From Ilumatobacteraceae bacterium (GTDB lineage Bacteria; Actinomycetota; Acidimicrobiia; Acidimicrobiales; Ilumatobacteraceae): a stretch of 64,000 nucleotides of DNA. This document shows positions 57,179-64,000 of this stretch, piece by piece (position 1 is the first letter of the stretch; each line of letters starts with the position of its first letter). The DNA lies in NCBI GenBank assembly GCA_963741875.1, contig CAVUJO010000004.1, positions 157,354 through 221,353 on the forward strand, written 5' to 3'. The notes under the pieces are model-generated. The model did not search any database, was not told the DNA's origin, and saw only the letters and a program-made list of their open reading frames with translations. Both the position numbers and the translations under genes were made by a program.

Positions 57179-58051
57179 TCACTCCGCGAGCGGAGAGAGG
57201 GCGGTGGCGAGTTCCTCGACGGTCCACTTGGCGGGCTGCTCGACGGTCTCGCCCATCTCCCACGAGCGCATCCGTTTGACGACGCCACCCTGCGCGAAGA
57301 ACGTCTCACCGGTGAACTGGCACGCAGTGCTGCTGAGATAGGCAACCAACGGTGAGATGTTCGCTGGATCCCACTCGTCGAACGCCCCGTCCTTCGGGGA
57401 CATGATTTCCTCGAGCCCCGGGGTGGCCAGGGTGAGACGAGTCCGGGCGCCCGGAGCGATGCAGTTGCTCTGGACGTCGTAGCGCGCGAGTTCCTTCGCC
57501 GCGATCTGGCTGAAGGTGGCGATGCCCGACTTGGCGGCGCCGTAGTTCGCTTGACCCGGGTTGGAGAAGAGGCCCGACGTGCTCGAGGTGTGCACGAGGT
57601 TGCGGCGCTTGCCGCGGCCGGCCTTGTGCTCCTCGCGCCAGTAGGCCGCCGCCCAACGGGTCGGGGCGAAATGGCCCTTCAGGTGCACCGCCACGACGGC
57701 ATCCCACTCGGCCTCGGTCATGTTCACGATCACCCGGTCGCGCAGGATGCCGGCGTTGTTGACCAGGACGTCGAGGTCACCGAATTCGGCGATCGCCGCG
57801 TTCACGAGGCGCTGGGCGCCTTCCCAATCAGCGACGTCGTCTGCGTTCGCGATCGCCTCACCGCCGCGGGCCCGGATCTCGGCGGCGACCTCCTCGGCGG
57901 GCGTCTGATCGCTGCCCTCGCCGTCGTTCGCGCCACCGAGATCGTTGATGACGACCTTGCACCCCTCGTCGGCGAACAGGAGCGCGTGTTCTCGACCGAT
58001 GCCACGTCCAGCACCGGTGATGATCGCGACTCGTCCGTCGAGTGAGGTCAT
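57179..58051 (-). CDS. SDR-family oxidoreductase
   Basis: ATG 58051; ITGAGRGIGR, NNAG, YGAAK catalytic motif. Confidence 0.85.
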   Translation of the reverse strand: MTSLDGRVAIITGAGRGIGREHALLFADEGCKVVINDLGGANDGEGSDQTPAEEVAAEIRARGGEAIANADDVADWEGAQRLVNAAIAEFGDLDVLVNNAGILRDRVIVNMTEAEWDAVVAVHLKGHFAPTRWAAAYWREEHKAGRGKRRNLVHTSSTSGLFSNPGQANYGAAKSGIATFSQIAAKELARYDVQSNCIAPGARTRLTLATPGLEEIMSPKDGAFDEWDPANISPLVAYLSSTACQFTGETFFAQGGVVKRMRSWEMGETVEQPAKWTVEELATALSPLAE

Positions 58052-58197
58052 GAAGGCTCCTTGTCGACTCGGTGACCGGCGGGCACCGGTCACGGTCACG
58101 GAACCGTAGCGATCCGCGGCCTGCCGAGTCGATTCCCAACCCGCCGAGGTGGCCGCACGTGGCCTGTGCGTGCCACCGCTCCAGGTTCGGAACGCCG

Positions 58198-58230
58198 GAC
58201 TCCGACGGCCGGAGTCGGACGGCCGGAGTC
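58198..58230 (-). terminator. hairpin with 14-nt tandem duplication at the PASTA gene stop
   Basis: GACTCCG-ACGGC-CGGAGTC stem; GACGGCCGGAGTC occurs twice (58204, 58218), and the second copy overlaps the stop codon. Confidence 0.5.
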
Positions 58231-60601
58231 AGAGGAAGATCAGGTCGACACCGGTGCCACGGGGGAACGTGGCGCCCGCTTGGACCTCGTCGCCGTCGAC
58301 CGAGGCCGACACGAACGTCCCTTCCGTGGTGCCCAACAGGCTCGTGACGGTGTAGCCGGCCTCGATGAGCGCCTCCTCGGCGGCGGGATACGTCAGGCCG
58401 TCGAGGTTCGGGAACGCAACGAGATCGGGACCCTTCGACAACTGGAAGGTGACCGTGCCACCACGCTCGACCAGCGTCTCCGGAGCCGGAGTCTGCGACA
58501 CGACGCGTCCGACCTCGATGTCGCCACTGAAGACGTCCTCACCCTGCTCGGTGACCAACTGCAGCGCGTCGAGCGCTGCGGTTGCTTCGGCCGCAGTGAG
58601 GTTGGCAAGGTCCGGCGCGGGACGCGGTTGCGGCCCCTGGGACACCGTGACCACGATGGTGGTCTCCGGGAGCACCTGGGCGCCGGCGGTCAGCGCCGCG
58701 TCGTCTTGGACCTGCCAGCTGATGATCGTGCCGGCGGGAACCTCCTCGGAGAACTCCGCGGGCGCCTCGACCAGGATCAACCGGAGATCGGTGAGCGTCT
58801 CTTGTGCTTCGACGAGCGTCATCCCGGTCAACTCCGGGATCGTGCGCAGTTCGAAACCGTCGCTCACCACGATCACGAAGGTCGCACCCTCGTCGAGCAT
58901 CTCACCGGCAACCGGGATGGTGCGAACGACGTGGTCGATCTCCGGCACCTCGTCGCTGCGTTCGCGCTCGGTCTCGATCACCCATCCGTTTCCGGAGATC
59001 TCGTTGAGCGCAACGGCTTCGTCGACCCCGACGAGATCGGGCACTTCGTACGACTTGGTCCGCAGCAGGAGCCAGCCGGCGACGCTGAGCAGCCCGATGC
59101 CGACGAGTGCGATCAAGCCGAAGAGCACGTACTTGCCCCACGGTCGCTCGGAACCCTCCTCGTCGTAGAGGATGCCCGACGGAGTCGGATCCAGCGGCGC
59201 CGTGCCCGCAGCGGCGGCCGCCAGTGCCGCGGCCGGCATCTCGAGGGTGCCGGAGGTGTCCGCATCTGCGGGGTCGACCGGTGCGAGGGTGTCGTCGGAC
59301 GAGTCGGTGACGGCGCCAGAGGAGTCGGTGGCCACCTGCACCGCACCGGTCGGCGGATCGGAGAGGTCGGTCAGCAGCAGCAGCGGGACGGCGGCACCGA
59401 CAGCCGGAGCAGCATCCGAGTCGTCGTCGATGTCATCGGCGTCGACGTCATCGCGGTCGATGTCATCTGAGCCGACGTCACCGGCGTCGATGTCATTGGC
59501 GTCGACGTCATCGGCGTCGACGTCATCGGCGTCGACGTCGTCGGAGTCGACGGCATCGGAGTCGACGGCATCGCTGTCGATGTCGTCGGGGCCATCGCTG
59601 TCAGAATCGGAGTGGACGTCGGCCGCGATCGCCGCGGCTCCCGCGACGGCGGCAGCGACGGCGATGCCGGTTCCGGCGCCCGAATCGGGCTCGGGCGGTC
59701 GGACCGGCGCCGGCTCGACGCGGTGCACGAGCGACGCCGCGAACAGGCTCGTCGCGAGCACCGGGATCGGCTCGGGACGAGGGAGCGCCTCAGCAGCGCC
59801 AACGAGCGCCTTGGCGAACTCGGTGGCGGTCCATCGATCATCCGAGTCGGGGCGACCCCCGCGTTCGAGCACCGAGGCGAGCGAACCCATGTCGGCGGTG
59901 ACCGGCATCAGCTTGCCGACCCGGGCGGCCAGCGTGGACACGGTGGAGTCGCCGGCGAAGGGCACCTTGCCCTCGATCGACTCGATCAGACACAACGACA
60001 GGGCATACACGTCGGTCTTCTCGTCGACGTCGAGCCCGAGCGCCTGCTCGGGGGACGAATAGCGCGCCACGTGGGTCGCCACCGTTGCCGGCTCTTCCCA
60101 CGCCTCGGCGCCGAGCAGTTGCGCCATCGCGAAGTCGGTGATGCGCAGCCGGCCGTCCTCGCCGAACACGAGCTTCGACGGCGTGACCTCAGTGTGGATC
60201 ACGCCGCGGCCGTGCGCGGCCTCGAGCGCCCGGCATGCCTCGAGGCCGACGACGAGCGCCTGTGACGGGGCGAGCAGTCGGCCGCGGTCGAACAGGTCAC
60301 GCAGGCTGCCGCCACCGAGGTACTCGACAACCCAGTACAGCGTCGATTCGCCGTCGAGCTCGGTCTCGCCCCAGCCCAGCACGGTGGCGATGTTGGGATG
60401 GGTGAGCGACATCGCCACCTCGACCTGACGCCGGAACGCCCGACGGAATGCGGAGGTCACCGCCAGCTCCGGGCGCACGATCTTCACCGTCACCGGCCGG
60501 TTCGCCTCGGTGTCGATCGCTTCGAGGATCACCGCGTTCGCGCCCGCGTTCACCACGTTTTCGATGCGATAGCGGTCGCTCAGGACGCGGCCGACGAGCA
60601 T
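58229..60601 (-). CDS. PASTA-domain receptor with degenerate Ser/Thr kinase-like domain (predicted pseudokinase)
   Basis: ATG 60601. PknB-like fold (LSDRYRIE.., VTVKIV, YSSPEQ) but NAGANAV for GxGxxG, FRRQ for the alphaC Glu, HTE for HRD, DFA for DFG. Then an acidic 5-aa repeat linker, one TM (YVLFGLIALVGIGLLSVAGWLLL) and four PASTA repeats. Confidence 0.85.
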   Translation of the reverse strand: MLVGRVLSDRYRIENVVNAGANAVILEAIDTEANRPVTVKIVRPELAVTSAFRRAFRRQVEVAMSLTHPNIATVLGWGETELDGESTLYWVVEYLGGGSLRDLFDRGRLLAPSQALVVGLEACRALEAAHGRGVIHTEVTPSKLVFGEDGRLRITDFAMAQLLGAEAWEEPATVATHVARYSSPEQALGLDVDEKTDVYALSLCLIESIEGKVPFAGDSTVSTLAARVGKLMPVTADMGSLASVLERGGRPDSDDRWTATEFAKALVGAAEALPRPEPIPVLATSLFAASLVHRVEPAPVRPPEPDSGAGTGIAVAAAVAGAAAIAADVHSDSDSDGPDDIDSDAVDSDAVDSDDVDADDVDADDVDANDIDAGDVGSDDIDRDDVDADDIDDDSDAAPAVGAAVPLLLLTDLSDPPTGAVQVATDSSGAVTDSSDDTLAPVDPADADTSGTLEMPAAALAAAAAGTAPLDPTPSGILYDEEGSERPWGKYVLFGLIALVGIGLLSVAGWLLLRTKSYEVPDLVGVDEAVALNEISGNGWVIETERERSDEVPEIDHVVRTIPVAGEMLDEGATFVIVVSDGFELRTIPELTGMTLVEAQETLTDLRLILVEAPAEFSEEVPAGTIISWQVQDDAALTAGAQVLPETTIVVTVSQGPQPRPAPDLANLTAAEATAALDALQLVTEQGEDVFSGDIEVGRVVSQTPAPETLVERGGTVTFQLSKGPDLVAFPNLDGLTYPAAEEALIEAGYTVTSLLGTTEGTFVSASVDGDEVQAGATFPRGTGVDLIFL
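59426..59590. repeat. 11 tandem 15-bp units (GTCGACGTCATCGGC consensus) within coding sequence
   Basis: In-frame; encodes (A/S)D(D/A)(V/I)D pentapeptide repeats between the kinase-like domain and the TM segment. Confidence 0.9.
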
Positions 60602-60692
60602 GGTCACCCCCGTCGGGGTCGGGTCGGATTCGTCGGCATCCACAGCGGGCGAAACGCTACCGCCTGAGCAAGTCGCCGGGAGGGCGGGCATC

Positions 60693-61295
60693 ATGGAGGA
60701 TGTGACCGATCGAATGACCGACTCCGAGGCCACCGACGTCGACGAACTCGTACCAGCGACCACGGCCGACGCTGCCCCACTCGACCCTGCCGAGACGCCG
60801 ACGGAGCCACCCAAACGCCGTTTCGACCGCGGGCTGCTGATCGCCAGCCTGGTGATCGCGTGTGGCCTCGTGCTCGTGATCTTCGGCGTGGTGACCGCGT
60901 TGACCGGCGACGACGGCATCGACCGGCCCGAGGCGATCGAATCGGTGCAACCGGTCGAGAACGCCGTGCAGGTGCTCCAGCAGGAACGGGTCGTCGTCGA
61001 CCTGCAGCCCGGCTACGAAGCCCGCCTCGTGATCGACGGCATCGAGCTGCCGACCACCGTGATCGGCCAGTCCGACGTCGACCCGTTCGAACAACCCCAG
61101 CCGGGACAGCAGATCGACCTGCCCACCACCGCAGTGTTCGACCCGGGCAACGCCGTGATCTCGTTCCAGCCGGTCGAGGGCGCCTTGATCGAGTCGTTCA
61201 GCCAGGGCATCCATGAGGCACGCGTCATCTACTGGCGCATCGAGGACGGCCCCGAGCAGGCACGCAGCTACCGCTGGGAGTTCAACGTCATCTGA
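60693..61295 (+). CDS. hypothetical single-pass membrane protein
   Basis: ATG 60693; acidic N-terminus, TM LLIASLVIACGLVLVIFGVV, extracytoplasmic domain; divergent from the PASTA gene. Confidence 0.55.
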   Translation: MEDVTDRMTDSEATDVDELVPATTADAAPLDPAETPTEPPKRRFDRGLLIASLVIACGLVLVIFGVVTALTGDDGIDRPEAIESVQPVENAVQVLQQERVVVDLQPGYEARLVIDGIELPTTVIGQSDVDPFEQPQPGQQIDLPTTAVFDPGNAVISFQPVEGALIESFSQGIHEARVIYWRIEDGPEQARSYRWEFNVI

Positions 61296-61342
61296 GATCC
61301 ATCCCCGGCTGAGATCTCCGGGCGCCGAGACGCGGTCGAGGT

Positions 61343-64000
<2,658 letters not shown>

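Noticed and set aside
60600-60692. Upstream in-frame start (MVTPVGVGSD...) for the membrane protein gene
   Set aside because: It would begin back to back with the PASTA gene start on the opposite strand and leave no promoter space. ATG 60693 gives a plausible acidic cytoplasmic N-terminus. The call remains uncertain.

Overview
All calls come from reading the sequence and the ORF track by eye. Family names come from remembered motifs, not database searches, and start codons are best guesses.

**Overview.** This is a high-GC, gene-dense chromosomal segment that looks actinobacterial. The markers are WhiB, a SARP regulator, an F420-type FrhB-like protein, a mycothiol-type DinB protein, a PASTA kinase-like protein, a GlnR box and the MSMEG_4193 gene trio. 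I call about 62 CDS or CDS fragments and one tRNA-Arg(CCG). I saw no rRNA, CRISPR array, transposase, integrase or prophage genes.

**Gene content, left to right:**
- deoC, a DUF4032 kinase-like gene and a GH13 alpha-glucosidase.
- Two alpha-glucoside/maltodextrin ABC uptake loci. One is LacI-controlled and the other is malR-malEFG plus a GH13 gene. A single MsiK-like ATPase gene lies between them.
- The ada/alkA-ogt adaptive-response operon and an MFS transporter.
- A four-gene operon of circularly permuted ATP-grasp, alpha-E and transglutaminase genes.
- An AbiEi/DUF559-like gene and an acyl-CoA dehydrogenase.
- amtB-glnK with a GlnR box upstream.
- A block of small stress and detoxification genes (ArsR, SRPBCC, RibD_C, DinB, AlkZ-like, YdeI, GNAT, ABM).
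- A large SARP-ATPase-TPR regulator and an FrhB-like Fe-S protein.
- A uracil-DNA glycosylase and the MSMEG_4193/DUF3090/SCO1664 trio.
- etfBA, a DAG-kinase-like gene and a GDPD gene.
- whiB, a pdtaS-like kinase, two ArsA/Get3-like ATPases and DUF3107.
- DJ-1, an SDR, a PASTA receptor with a degenerate kinase domain, and ligA.

**Most interesting observations:**
1. Several unrelated palindromic or tandem elements are duplicated right at gene 3-prime ends (ogt, transglutaminase, PASTA protein). One 51-nt hairpin element brackets the DUF559 gene.
2. The PASTA protein lacks most catalytic kinase residues and is a predicted pseudokinase.
3. The two known versions of the uncharacterised ATP-grasp/alpha-E/transglutaminase system are merged into one operon.
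4. Three genes carry single-nucleotide frame disruptions: msiK, the ATP-grasp/alpha-E fusion and the SARP regulator. I cannot tell real pseudogenisation from assembly error.
5. One ArsA-like gene has no ATG, GTG or TTG start upstream of its Walker A motif.

I did not find a clear-cut, entirely novel multi-gene system. The accessory-looking content is limited to the repeats and the DUF559 cassette.
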